Below, piece by piece: positions 50,786 through 58,940 of a stretch of 58,940 bases of DNA. The notes under the pieces were generated by a model. The model was given only the letters and a program-made list of their open reading frames with translations. It did no database searches and was not told where the DNA came from. This stretch comes from Cyanobacteria bacterium P01_D01_bin.156 (GTDB taxonomy: Bacteria > Cyanobacteriota > Cyanobacteriia > Phormidesmidales > Phormidesmidaceae): the NCBI GenBank assembly GCA_039024555.1, contig JBCCQQ010000039.1:1-58940 (forward strand), written 5' to 3'. Each line of letters starts with the position of its first letter. The stretch's first letter is position 1. The position numbers were made by a program, and so were the translations under genes.

Positions 50786-51379
50786 TTAGACATGAGGGGG
50801 CAGTAAACTTTTCAGAGCGAGAACAACTTTGGGAAAGGCCAGCGGTGAGATTTGTTGATCCTCTTTGAGGATTAGGTGGCTGCTATACCCTGTCGATGTG
50901 GGGGTTCGAAAAATGTGGAGCTGTCGATTTGGTAGGTCTAAGACCCAGTAGTCACGAATCCCAGCCTGGGCGTAGAGTTTGTCTTTGATTTCGCAGTCTT
51001 GCTTTAGTGTGGAATCGGCAACTTCGACGATTAGACAAATATCTTGTGGTGTGGGGTGATGGGCGGCGTAGTCAAGAAAGTCGCCTTTGACGATAACCAG
51101 GTCAGGTTCGGGCTCTGAGTAGCTATCTAGATGGATGGGGTCTTGGGTGCTAACGAAGAATGGTTGATTATCTAATGCTTTGTCTAATGCGGTTGCTAAC
51201 AGGCGTAGGGCGGTAACGTGGGGTGTGCCTTTGGCAATCATGAGGATGATTTGTCCTGCCAGAAGTTCTGTGCGATCGCACTCTGCCAATAGCCCGGTCT
51301 CTGCCATGCGATGGTATTCGTCCACGCTCCAGCGTTTGAGGGCTTGGGTATCGAAAGATAGAGACGGCAAGGCAACCAT
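50786..51379 (-). CDS. Uma2 (DUF820) family endonuclease
   Basis: WSVDEYHRMAETG, ELLAGQI, SEPEPDLVIV, LIVEVADST, KLYAQAGIRDYWVLDL. Confidence 0.9.
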   Translation of the reverse strand: MVALPSLSFDTQALKRWSVDEYHRMAETGLLAECDRTELLAGQIILMIAKGTPHVTALRLLATALDKALDNQPFFVSTQDPIHLDSYSEPEPDLVIVKGDFLDYAAHHPTPQDICLIVEVADSTLKQDCEIKDKLYAQAGIRDYWVLDLPNRQLHIFRTPTSTGYSSHLILKEDQQISPLAFPKVVLALKSLLPPHV

Positions 51380-51605
51380 TGCATTAGCCTAGGGATATGC
51401 TGCGCTTATTTTAGCCGAATTGATTGGACCTGGTTTGAAACAAACATACGGTATCCAGCGTGTAGCACATAATAAATTTTGAAATTTCCACTAAAAAACT
51501 ATCAGTTTTAGTTGGTTTGTGGGTGAACTATAGAGAAGGGCTTTGATAGCAGATGGTTTAGTCGTTATTTTGCTCTCCGTCTAGAATTTTGAGATCGTCT
51601 CGAGC

Positions 51606-53972
51606 ATGAGTGAAGCTGATACCTGTAGACAGTATGTATTGCCAAAGCTACGGGCAGCAGGTTGGGAGCGTGAACCCCACTCGATTGCAGAGCAACGCAC
51701 GTTTACCGATGGGCGGATTGTATTGACGGATCAGGGTAGCCGTCGTCGGAAGAAAAAGCGGGCGGATTATATTTTGCGCTACACCCGTGATTTTCCAATT
51801 GCGGTGGTGGAAGCCAAACCAGAGAAAGCCACGGCACTTGCTGGTTTCCAACAGGCCAAGGAATATGCGGAAATTCTGGGGCTTAAGTTTGCCTATGCCA
51901 CCAATGGTCATGACATTCTGGAACATGATTACACCACAGGCCAGGTAAACCAACTCGATACATTTCCCAGCCCAGAGGAACTGTGGGCCAGACTGTGTAC
52001 TCACCAGGGCATTGAGGACGAGCAGATAGCAGAGATGTTGCTGTCCCCCTTTAATCTAGCCAGTGGTCGAACGCCCCGTTATTATCAGGAAATTGCCATT
52101 AACCGAGTGGTGCTGGCGATATTGACAGGTCAGAAACGTATGTTGCTGACCATGGCAACGGGGACTGGTAAGACGATTACGGCGTTTCAGATTTGTTGGA
52201 AGCTGTGGAACAGTCGTTGGAATCGGGATGGAGAATATCGACGACCAAAGATTTTGTTTTTGGCGGATCGAAATGTGTTGGTGGACGATCCGAAGGATAA
52301 AACGTTTACGCCCTTTGGTGATGCTCGTTGGAAGTTGGAAGGTGGAGAAATTAACCAGGGTCGAGAGATGTACTTTGCCATTTACCAGTCTTTGGCAGAG
52401 GATGAGCGGAGACCGGGGCTTTACAAGGAATATGCACCGGACTTCTTTGACTTGATCATTGTAGATGAGTGTCATCGGGGTAGTGCCCGCAATGATAGTA
52501 GCTGGCGCACGATTTTAGAGTATTTTCACCCGGCCTATCAATTGGGGCTGACAGCTACACCCAGACGAGATGACAATGTGGATTCCTATCAGTACTTTGG
52601 AAATCCGCTGTATACCTATTCTCTGAAACAAGGCATTGAAGATGGATTTCTCGCACCATATCGGGTGCATCGGGTGATTAGCAGCTGGGATCAACAGGGG
52701 TATGACCCCAGTGAGGCGGAACGGGAAAAGTATGGTCGTAATATCCCAGAAGGAGAGTTTCAGACAAAAGATTTTGACCGAGCGATTGTGTTGAAAAAGC
52801 GGACGGAAACAATTGCAAAACACTTAACGGAACATTTGCAGAGTACTGACCGCATGGCGAAGACGCTTGTGTTTTGTGTAGATGAGGAACATGCGGCGGA
52901 TATGTTGTTGGAGCTATCGAAGCTGAACAGTGACCTGGTGAAAAAGTACCCAGACTATATCTGTCGAGTCACGTCCAAAGAGGGTAGTATTGGGCGAGGG
53001 CATTTGAGCACCTGTCAGGATGTGGAAACGGATGCGCCTGTGATTTTGACCACTTCGAAGATGCTGACGACAGGGGTGGATATTCCCACCTGTAAAAATG
53101 TAGTGCTGATGCGAGTGATCAACTCCATGACGGAGTTTAAACAGATCATTGGCCGGGGCACGCGGGTGCGAGAAGACTACGGCAAGCTGTTTTTTAGCAT
53201 CATTGACTATACGGGCAGTGCCACCCGGCTGTTTCGGGATGATAACTTTGATGGGGAGCCGGACCTGCTGACGGAGGAGGAAATGGATGAAGTGGGTCGG
53301 CTACGTCCTGACTCGGTGCGGGTAGTGGAAAAGCGTAAACCAGACCCGGAGCCCATTGACCCACTGGAGGAAATCAAAGACGACGACACCAGTACTATGC
53401 CCCGGAAGTATTACGTCGATGGTGGAGAGGGCCGCATCGTTAAGGAAATGGTATATGAGCTAGATGCGGAGGAACATAAGCTAAAGCTGGTGAAGCTGAT
53501 TGACTACACCAGTGATGAGCTACGGGCGTTGTATCCGTCGGATGTGGAGGTGCGGCAGCAGTGGGCAGACCCGAACCAACGGCAGGGTATTGTGAACATG
53601 CTGCAGGATAAGGGCATTGATATTGAGGAACTGAAGGAAGCGACGAATCAGCCGGATACGGACCCGCTAGATTTACTGTGTCATATAGCATTTGACAGTC
53701 CATTGCTGACGCGGCGGCAGCGGGCGGAGAAGCTACGTAAAGAAAAACAGGACTTCTTTGATATCTATGGGGCGGAAGCTCGGGCTATTTTGGAAGCCCT
53801 GCTAGAAAAGTATGCGGAGCATGGCACGGAGCAGTTTGCGTTTCCAGATGTGCTGAAAGTGCCGCCAATTTCGGAATATGGCAATGTGGTGGAGATTTCG
53901 GAGTATTTTGGTGGGCCAGAAAAGTTGCTGGGGGCAGTTACACAGCTACAGTCACTGCTGTATGCGGCCTAA
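51606..53972 (+). CDS. hsdR: Type I restriction enzyme R subunit (EcoEI/EcoAI-like)
   Basis: SEADTC, ADYIL..VVEAK nuclease motif, YATNG, MATGTGKT, DECHRG, LTATP, QIIGRGTR, EcoEI-type C-terminal domain. Confidence 0.95.
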   Translation: MSEADTCRQYVLPKLRAAGWEREPHSIAEQRTFTDGRIVLTDQGSRRRKKKRADYILRYTRDFPIAVVEAKPEKATALAGFQQAKEYAEILGLKFAYATNGHDILEHDYTTGQVNQLDTFPSPEELWARLCTHQGIEDEQIAEMLLSPFNLASGRTPRYYQEIAINRVVLAILTGQKRMLLTMATGTGKTITAFQICWKLWNSRWNRDGEYRRPKILFLADRNVLVDDPKDKTFTPFGDARWKLEGGEINQGREMYFAIYQSLAEDERRPGLYKEYAPDFFDLIIVDECHRGSARNDSSWRTILEYFHPAYQLGLTATPRRDDNVDSYQYFGNPLYTYSLKQGIEDGFLAPYRVHRVISSWDQQGYDPSEAEREKYGRNIPEGEFQTKDFDRAIVLKKRTETIAKHLTEHLQSTDRMAKTLVFCVDEEHAADMLLELSKLNSDLVKKYPDYICRVTSKEGSIGRGHLSTCQDVETDAPVILTTSKMLTTGVDIPTCKNVVLMRVINSMTEFKQIIGRGTRVREDYGKLFFSIIDYTGSATRLFRDDNFDGEPDLLTEEEMDEVGRLRPDSVRVVEKRKPDPEPIDPLEEIKDDDTSTMPRKYYVDGGEGRIVKEMVYELDAEEHKLKLVKLIDYTSDELRALYPSDVEVRQQWADPNQRQGIVNMLQDKGIDIEELKEATNQPDTDPLDLLCHIAFDSPLLTRRQRAEKLRKEKQDFFDIYGAEARAILEALLEKYAEHGTEQFAFPDVLKVPPISEYGNVVEISEYFGGPEKLLGAVTQLQSLLYAA

Positions 53973-53978
53973 AATCGG

Positions 53979-54731
53979 CTAGCTGGTAACTGGCATTGGT
54001 TCAATAGGTTGATAGATAGGCCCTGAAAAGGGTTCAAAATCGTCTGACCAAGTTGCCGTTAGATTACAGAGCAACCGAAACTGGAGCGGCGTTGGAGCAG
54101 GATTAACTCGCTCTACCGTGACATTGACCTGGGTAGGAAAACGACTCACTAATTTGAAAAAATCCTGCGCCAGATAGCGTGGGCAGTACCCAACACGATA
54201 CTGATCTTGTGTTCGTAAAATAAGCGCACGAGAATCGAAAGCATTCTGAATATCGTGGGTAATGAGTAGCTGCTCCCCAGCTTTTAATGTATTGACATGC
54301 TGCTGGTCGGTTTCAGGAAAGTGACGCAGTCCGTGAGTAAAGAAATGAATGTGGTAAGCCCCATCGTCAGTACGTTCCGGCTTTGGAAAGACCTCAAAAT
54401 TATCGGTTTGGCGCTTACCGCCGCTACGGGCTAGTAAGGCAAGGGGATCATCCTTATGTTCAGGAATATTCAGCCATTCTACAAAGTCAGGAAACTCGGG
54501 ACGCGATGCTCGTAAAAGACGATTGGCAAATAGGGGAAATAGCTCAACAGAGGTGTATGCGTGGTAAAAGTCTGGAAATGTATAGATGGGCTGAAAATTG
54601 GCCTTTTGGCGGGCGTCTAATGCTCCTTGTAAGTAGACAAAATGATAGTGCCCGTCTTTCTGAGTAAGCTGGCCGACTGGAAACCAGGCGCGGGAGTCAG
54701 GATCTTGCCATGTAAGAAACAGGGTTTTCAA
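53979..54731 (-). CDS. HipS-like N-terminal + HIRAN domain protein
   Basis: N-terminus LTWQDP..AWFPVGQL..YHFVY and LFPLFANRL; C-terminal HIRAN GLRH...N.FDSRAL...VGYCPRYL. TTG start overlaps the kinase stop by 4 nt. Confidence 0.8.
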   Translation of the reverse strand: MKTLFLTWQDPDSRAWFPVGQLTQKDGHYHFVYLQGALDARQKANFQPIYTFPDFYHAYTSVELFPLFANRLLRASRPEFPDFVEWLNIPEHKDDPLALLARSGGKRQTDNFEVFPKPERTDDGAYHIHFFTHGLRHFPETDQQHVNTLKAGEQLLITHDIQNAFDSRALILRTQDQYRVGYCPRYLAQDFFKLVSRFPTQVNVTVERVNPAPTPLQFRLLCNLTATWSDDFEPFSGPIYQPIEPMPVTS

Positions 54732-55639
54732 CTGAGTTCCTCCTGTAAGTTGAGCAGTCGGGTTTGATTAAAACTGAGCATTTGCTCGGTGAATTCTAAT
54801 GCCGCAGGTGATATTCGATGATTAGGTATACGGCTGAGGCAAGCGTTAACTTCAGTATGGGTAATCTGTGCTAGATGATTCAACCATATTGCCGCTGATT
54901 TAGGATACTTTGTCGCAATCTTTGTAAATGTATCGAATGTGGTGATTGTTTTTCTATCATTAACGTTCGCGTAAAAGGCTGAACGAGATTTTTTGGCGTA
55001 GTTAGTAACAGTTTTATTTTGTAGGCGACGTTCTCGTTTTATGTCTTGTAATTCTCTGCCGAGACAAGATGCGTGGTCATAGGTGGGCGCTAGATGGGGA
55101 ATACCTTGGGGGAGTTGCAGAACAAAGCCCCAATTTTCATGGTGTCTGTCACCATTGCCAATCCAGGCATCCAGAAGTAGGTATCCGGCAAAGACACTAA
55201 CTGGGCTGGTAATGCCATCAGGGGGATTCCAATCAAGAGGTAGGCGTAGTCCCTCGGAAGAAAGAGCATTGATGACATTGGTGAGTGTGTGCTGTGACTG
55301 TTTGTAGTCCATATCCTTGGGGTAGCTAGATACTAGGCCCGCCAGAATATCATTGCCGTGAAGTAGTGTGGTGTTTTTAGGTAGAAAGGTAGGTGAGACG
55401 ATCCCAGGATAGTCTTGCCAGGTTGCTAACTCGTAGCGGGCGTGGGGTAGCCCTAATAAATCACACAGTTCAGCCGCGATTTTTTCTGACCAATCTTCGC
55501 CAGTTTTGGGGCGGGCCACTTTAAATAGGCACTGGCCTAAGTCAGGATGCCTGAGCCAAAACTTTTGTTTGGTACCCATGGGTTCTTGATCCTGATCGGT
55601 ATTCGCGGAAATTTCAATGATTGGAAAAGGCTCAGGCAT
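54728..55639 (-). CDS. HipA-like kinase (no HipA N-terminal subdomain)
   Basis: MGTKQKFW, CLFK, GEDWSEKIAAEL, catalytic LDAWIGNGDRHHENW, LAPTYDHAS. Confidence 0.85.
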   Translation of the reverse strand: MPEPFPIIEISANTDQDQEPMGTKQKFWLRHPDLGQCLFKVARPKTGEDWSEKIAAELCDLLGLPHARYELATWQDYPGIVSPTFLPKNTTLLHGNDILAGLVSSYPKDMDYKQSQHTLTNVINALSSEGLRLPLDWNPPDGITSPVSVFAGYLLLDAWIGNGDRHHENWGFVLQLPQGIPHLAPTYDHASCLGRELQDIKRERRLQNKTVTNYAKKSRSAFYANVNDRKTITTFDTFTKIATKYPKSAAIWLNHLAQITHTEVNACLSRIPNHRISPAALEFTEQMLSFNQTRLLNLQEELS

Positions 55640-55728
55640 TGCAATTCATTGCATTTGGACAAACACAGGCTCAGGCATCAGACTAATCAGTTAATCTGTA
55701 CTGACGATAATTTTACAGTGTTGATTTT

Positions 55729-57543
55729 ATGGCGAAGCGCGCCCCAAAAAGTAAAGCTCCATTGACCACAGCGCAGCAGTTGGGCAGTATTTTGAAATCT
55801 TGCCGCGACATTATGCGAAAGGATAAGGGGCTAAATGGGGATCTGGACCGCTTACCCATGATCACCTGGATCATGTTTCTGAAGTTTTTTGATGACATTG
55901 AGCGACTGCGGGAAACAGAGGCATTGCTGGAGGGTAAGTCTGTTAAGGCAGCCCTTCAGCCACCCTATCGCTGGCGGGACTGGGCCGTAGAACATGCCAA
56001 GGCGATGACGGGGCCAAGTTTGATGCAGTTTATCAATCAGGATGAGGTCACCCTGCCGGGTGGAGAAACCCGTGGTGCTGGTTTATTTGCTTATCTAAGG
56101 GCGCTTCAGGGGGATGATGGTCGGGATCGGCGGGATGTAATCGCAACAATCTTTAAAGGCGTCTCGAATCGGATGGAGAGCGGCTATTTGCTGCGGGATG
56201 TGATCAACAAGATCAATGAGATTCAGTTTCAGTCGTCGGAAGAGATTCATACGCTGAGCCGACTGTATGAGTCGATGCTGAAGGAAATGCGAGATGCGGC
56301 GGGGGACTCGGGAGAGTTTTATACGCCCCGTCCGGTGGTGCAGTTTATGGTGAAGGTGCTGGCACCAAAGTTGGGGGAAGTGATACTCGATCCGGCCTGT
56401 GGTACGGGTGGCTTTTTGGTGGAGGTGTTTAAGTATCTGAGCGAACAGTGCCAGACGGTGGAGGATCGGCAACGGCTGCAAACGGCAAGCCTGATGGGTG
56501 GGGAGGCGAAGTCGCTGCCCTATTTGTTGGCGCAGATGAATTTGTTGTTGCATGGGTTGGAAACGCCGAACATCGATCCAGGAAATTCCCTGCGGCATAA
56601 GCTGACGGAGCTGGGGGACAACGATCGGGTGGATGTGATTTTGACAAATCCGCCCTTTGGTGGAGAAGAAGAAAAAGGGATTCAGGGTAACTTCCCGGAT
56701 GATAAGCAGACGAGTGAGACGGCACTACTGTTTTTGCAGTTGATTATGCGGCGGTTGCGGAAGGCAAAGAAAGGTCAGGCAGCGGGACGGGCTGGGGTGG
56801 TAGTACCCAATGGCACCTTGTTTGGGGATGGGGTGAGTGCGCGGATTAAAAAGCAGCTTTTAACAGAGTTTAATTTGCATACGATTGTGCGGTTGCCCAA
56901 TGGGGTGTTTGCTCCGTATACGAGCATTCCGACGAACTTGTTGTTTTTTGATCGCAGTGGGCCAACGGAGAAGATTTGGTACTATGAGCTGCCGCTGCCG
57001 GAGGGGCGCAAGAACTATACGAAGACTAAGCCGATTCAGATTAATGAGTTTGATGACTGTGTGGGCTGGTGGGAGCAGCGGGAAGCGAATGAGCAGGCGT
57101 GGACCTATGATTTTGTCACGGCTCATGGTGAAGCGCTGGCAAAGGCTGACCCCCATTGGCAAACGGCAAAGGCAGCGCTGGCACGGGTAAAAGCGTGGGG
57201 TAAGACGATTAAGGAGCTGGACAGTGAGATAAAGGCCCTGACGTCTGCGCTGGAGACAGAGGGTGTTAAGAAAAATGAGGTTAAAAAACAGATCAAGGCG
57301 CTGAAAGCGGAGCTGAAGCAGGCGAAAACTGAGGAAAAAGAGCAGCAGGAGCTAGCGAAGACAGAGCAAAAGCTGGGGGATGATGTTTACTGGCCAGTGT
57401 TTAACTTGGATCAGAAGAACCCTAATGGTGAGGAGGCGTTTGAACATCGGCCACCGGAGGAGCTAGTAGAGGGGATTTTGCAAAAAGAACAACGTATTTT
57501 AGAAATTTTAGGTGAAATCAAAGATGTATTAGTTCAGGTATAA
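55729..57543 (+). CDS. hsdM: Type I R-M methyltransferase subunit (m6A)
   Basis: DIMRKD, GEFYTPR, DPACGTGGFL (SAM binding), TNPPFG (catalytic), LHTIVRLPNGVFAPYT, NLDQKNP. Confidence 0.95.
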   Translation: MAKRAPKSKAPLTTAQQLGSILKSCRDIMRKDKGLNGDLDRLPMITWIMFLKFFDDIERLRETEALLEGKSVKAALQPPYRWRDWAVEHAKAMTGPSLMQFINQDEVTLPGGETRGAGLFAYLRALQGDDGRDRRDVIATIFKGVSNRMESGYLLRDVINKINEIQFQSSEEIHTLSRLYESMLKEMRDAAGDSGEFYTPRPVVQFMVKVLAPKLGEVILDPACGTGGFLVEVFKYLSEQCQTVEDRQRLQTASLMGGEAKSLPYLLAQMNLLLHGLETPNIDPGNSLRHKLTELGDNDRVDVILTNPPFGGEEEKGIQGNFPDDKQTSETALLFLQLIMRRLRKAKKGQAAGRAGVVVPNGTLFGDGVSARIKKQLLTEFNLHTIVRLPNGVFAPYTSIPTNLLFFDRSGPTEKIWYYELPLPEGRKNYTKTKPIQINEFDDCVGWWEQREANEQAWTYDFVTAHGEALAKADPHWQTAKAALARVKAWGKTIKELDSEIKALTSALETEGVKKNEVKKQIKALKAELKQAKTEEKEQQELAKTEQKLGDDVYWPVFNLDQKNPNGEEAFEHRPPEELVEGILQKEQRILEILGEIKDVLVQV

Positions 57544-57575
57544 ACACTGATCAATCTAAATAAGATATTTCTCTG

Positions 57576-58762
57576 ATGTCTCAAGTTGATAACCCTAACA
57601 GTGTGATGTACGTTTCGCCAGTTTTAAGAGCGGCGAGACGTTTGGTTTATGAAAAATGTCGCACTAGCGATAAGAGCTTTATTGCTCTCAAAAATATTGC
57701 ACACATTGAGATGGGGCAAAGTCCCAATGGCCAAGACTGTTCATCAGAACCTCAGGGAGAACCACTGCTAAATGGTCCAACTGAGTTTGGGCATGAGTAT
57801 CCAACACCAGTGCAGTGGACAACGGCTGGCAAGAAATTTGCCACCAAAGGTGATTTATTATTTTGTGTTCGTGGTGCTACAGCAGGGCGAACGAACTGGG
57901 CAGATCAAAAATATGCTATTGGACGCGGTTTAGCAGCCGTTCATGGCAGACAAAAATCTGGTGATACGGCTTTCGTTTATCACATGCTGCGTGACAGAAG
58001 AGATGTACTCGCGGCAGAAGCTAGAGGTAGCACATTTATGAATATGGGGAAGCAATTGTTACACACACTTCCCATGCCTAGTATCGATTTCACTTTGCAA
58101 GAAATCCTTGGACAGTTTCTTGATTCCGTTGAAAATAAGACTTTTCAATTTGATGCTTGGAGTAAGAAACTATCTCCAACATCATTTTCAGATATTCCTC
58201 GTATTGTGGCGCGGATTGAGGAGTTGGCGGCCAAGGTTGAAGAGGCGCGGGAGTTGCGATCGCAAACTCAAAAGCATTTGCAATCATTTGTTAGCAGTTT
58301 TCATCTGCACCTCGCAAGCGACAGAAATCGAACATTAGACCAAATTCTCCAACTCGATGAAGATAGGCAAGAAGTTATCTTTGGTCATGAGTACCCGCAG
58401 GTGGGTGTACGAGGCTTTGGTGGAGGTCTGTTTTTTAGAGAAACTTTAGATGCTACTCAAACAACGTATAAAGCTTTTAATAGATTATATGAAGGCGCGA
58501 TTGTTCTCAGTCAAGTAAAGGGCTGGGAAGGAGCTATTGCAGGATGTCCTGATAATTTAGTTGGTAAATATGTCTCTCCTGAATACAGAACATTTAGGTG
58601 TATTGAGGGCGAAGCATTACCAGCATATATGGCTACTTTAGTTACTTCACCATGGTTTTGGACGCAACTGAAAAATCTCACTAGAGGTATGGGTGGTCGT
58701 CGTGAACGTACGCGTCCTGAAAAATTTCTGACAATGAAGATCCCAATGCCGAATGTCATACA
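57576..58762 (+). pseudogene. hsdS: Type I R-M specificity subunit, truncated by IS256
   Basis: TRD1 (EMGQSP, GDLLFCVRG, AIGRGLAA, GSTF), conserved linker RIVARIEELAAKVEEAR, TRD2 ending KIPMPNVIQ. The frame then reads into IS sequence and stops at 58868. Confidence 0.88.
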
Positions 58763-58940
58763 GGGACTGTACAGAATTTTGTGTAAGCGATCTATCATCT
58801 ATGTACATCAGGAGATCGCCCCATGGCCCGCAAGAAAAAAGAACCGAACCGCGTTGATGACTTACTAGACGAACTGCTGGAAGACTGCGCTACCCCGGAG
58901 GATATATTGGGCGAGTCCGGTCTGATGAAGCAAATCAAAA
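58763..58940 (+). mobile_element. IS256-family insertion sequence, left end
   Basis: GGGACTGTACAGAATTTTGTGTAA resembles IS256 terminal inverted repeats; RBS AGGAG and a transposase start follow. Confidence 0.85.
58823..58940 (+). CDS. IS256-family transposase, N-terminal fragment
   Basis: MARKKKEPNRVDDLLDELLEDCATPEDILGESGLMKQIK fits the 'LLD.LL....PED.LG..GL.KQL' IS256 start. Confidence 0.85.
   Translation, partial: MARKKKEPNRVDDLLDELLEDCATPEDILGESGLMKQIK

Larger units (their letters stand above)
755..58263. repeat. HIP1 palindromes (GCGATCGC) dispersed through the window
   Basis: Roughly 30 copies seen by eye, e.g. 755, 3231, 6798, 26721, 33011, 36071, 58256. Hallmark of many cyanobacterial genomes. 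Confidence 0.9.

Noticed and set aside
58763..58868. C-terminal GLYRILCK...ALMTY tail of the 430-aa HsdS ORF
   Set aside because: It is read-through into the IS256 end, not HsdS sequence.
1..58940. CRISPR array, tRNA or rRNA genes
   Set aside because: No regularly spaced repeat-spacer units, no cas genes and no tRNA T-loop/acceptor pattern found by eye; a tRNAscan or CRISPR search was not run.

Overview
A cyanobacterial chromosomal segment: HIP1 octamers GCGATCGC recur throughout and the genes are typical of cyanobacteria. A filamentous Leptolyngbya-like lineage is inferred, not proven. Both ends run into insertion sequences (ISAs1-family at 1-141, IS256-family from 58763), so this looks like an IS-bounded contig. 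Most of the window is housekeeping: gltX, ftsH, era, dnaB, rplI, gloB, obgE, holA, ftsY, nusB, mgtE, prlC, mutY, typA and a probable 6S RNA. The accessory parts are more interesting. (1) An AT-rich three-gene cassette between gloB and rplI links a TIR-NB-ARC-TPR (NLR-like) protein to one Sec-exported and one Tat-exported protein. (2) A CHASE histidine kinase gene is split by a 131-bp CTAG-flanked MITE, and removing the MITE restores the reading frame exactly. (3) A defence island after typA holds two Uma2 genes and a type I R-M locus. An inverted HipA-like kinase / HipS-HIRAN pair sits between hsdR and hsdM, HsdM carries a coiled-coil insert, and hsdS is truncated by IS256. Several intergenic regions hold nested inverted repeats that could be structured RNAs. 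All calls come from motif reading only; no searches or folding programs were run.
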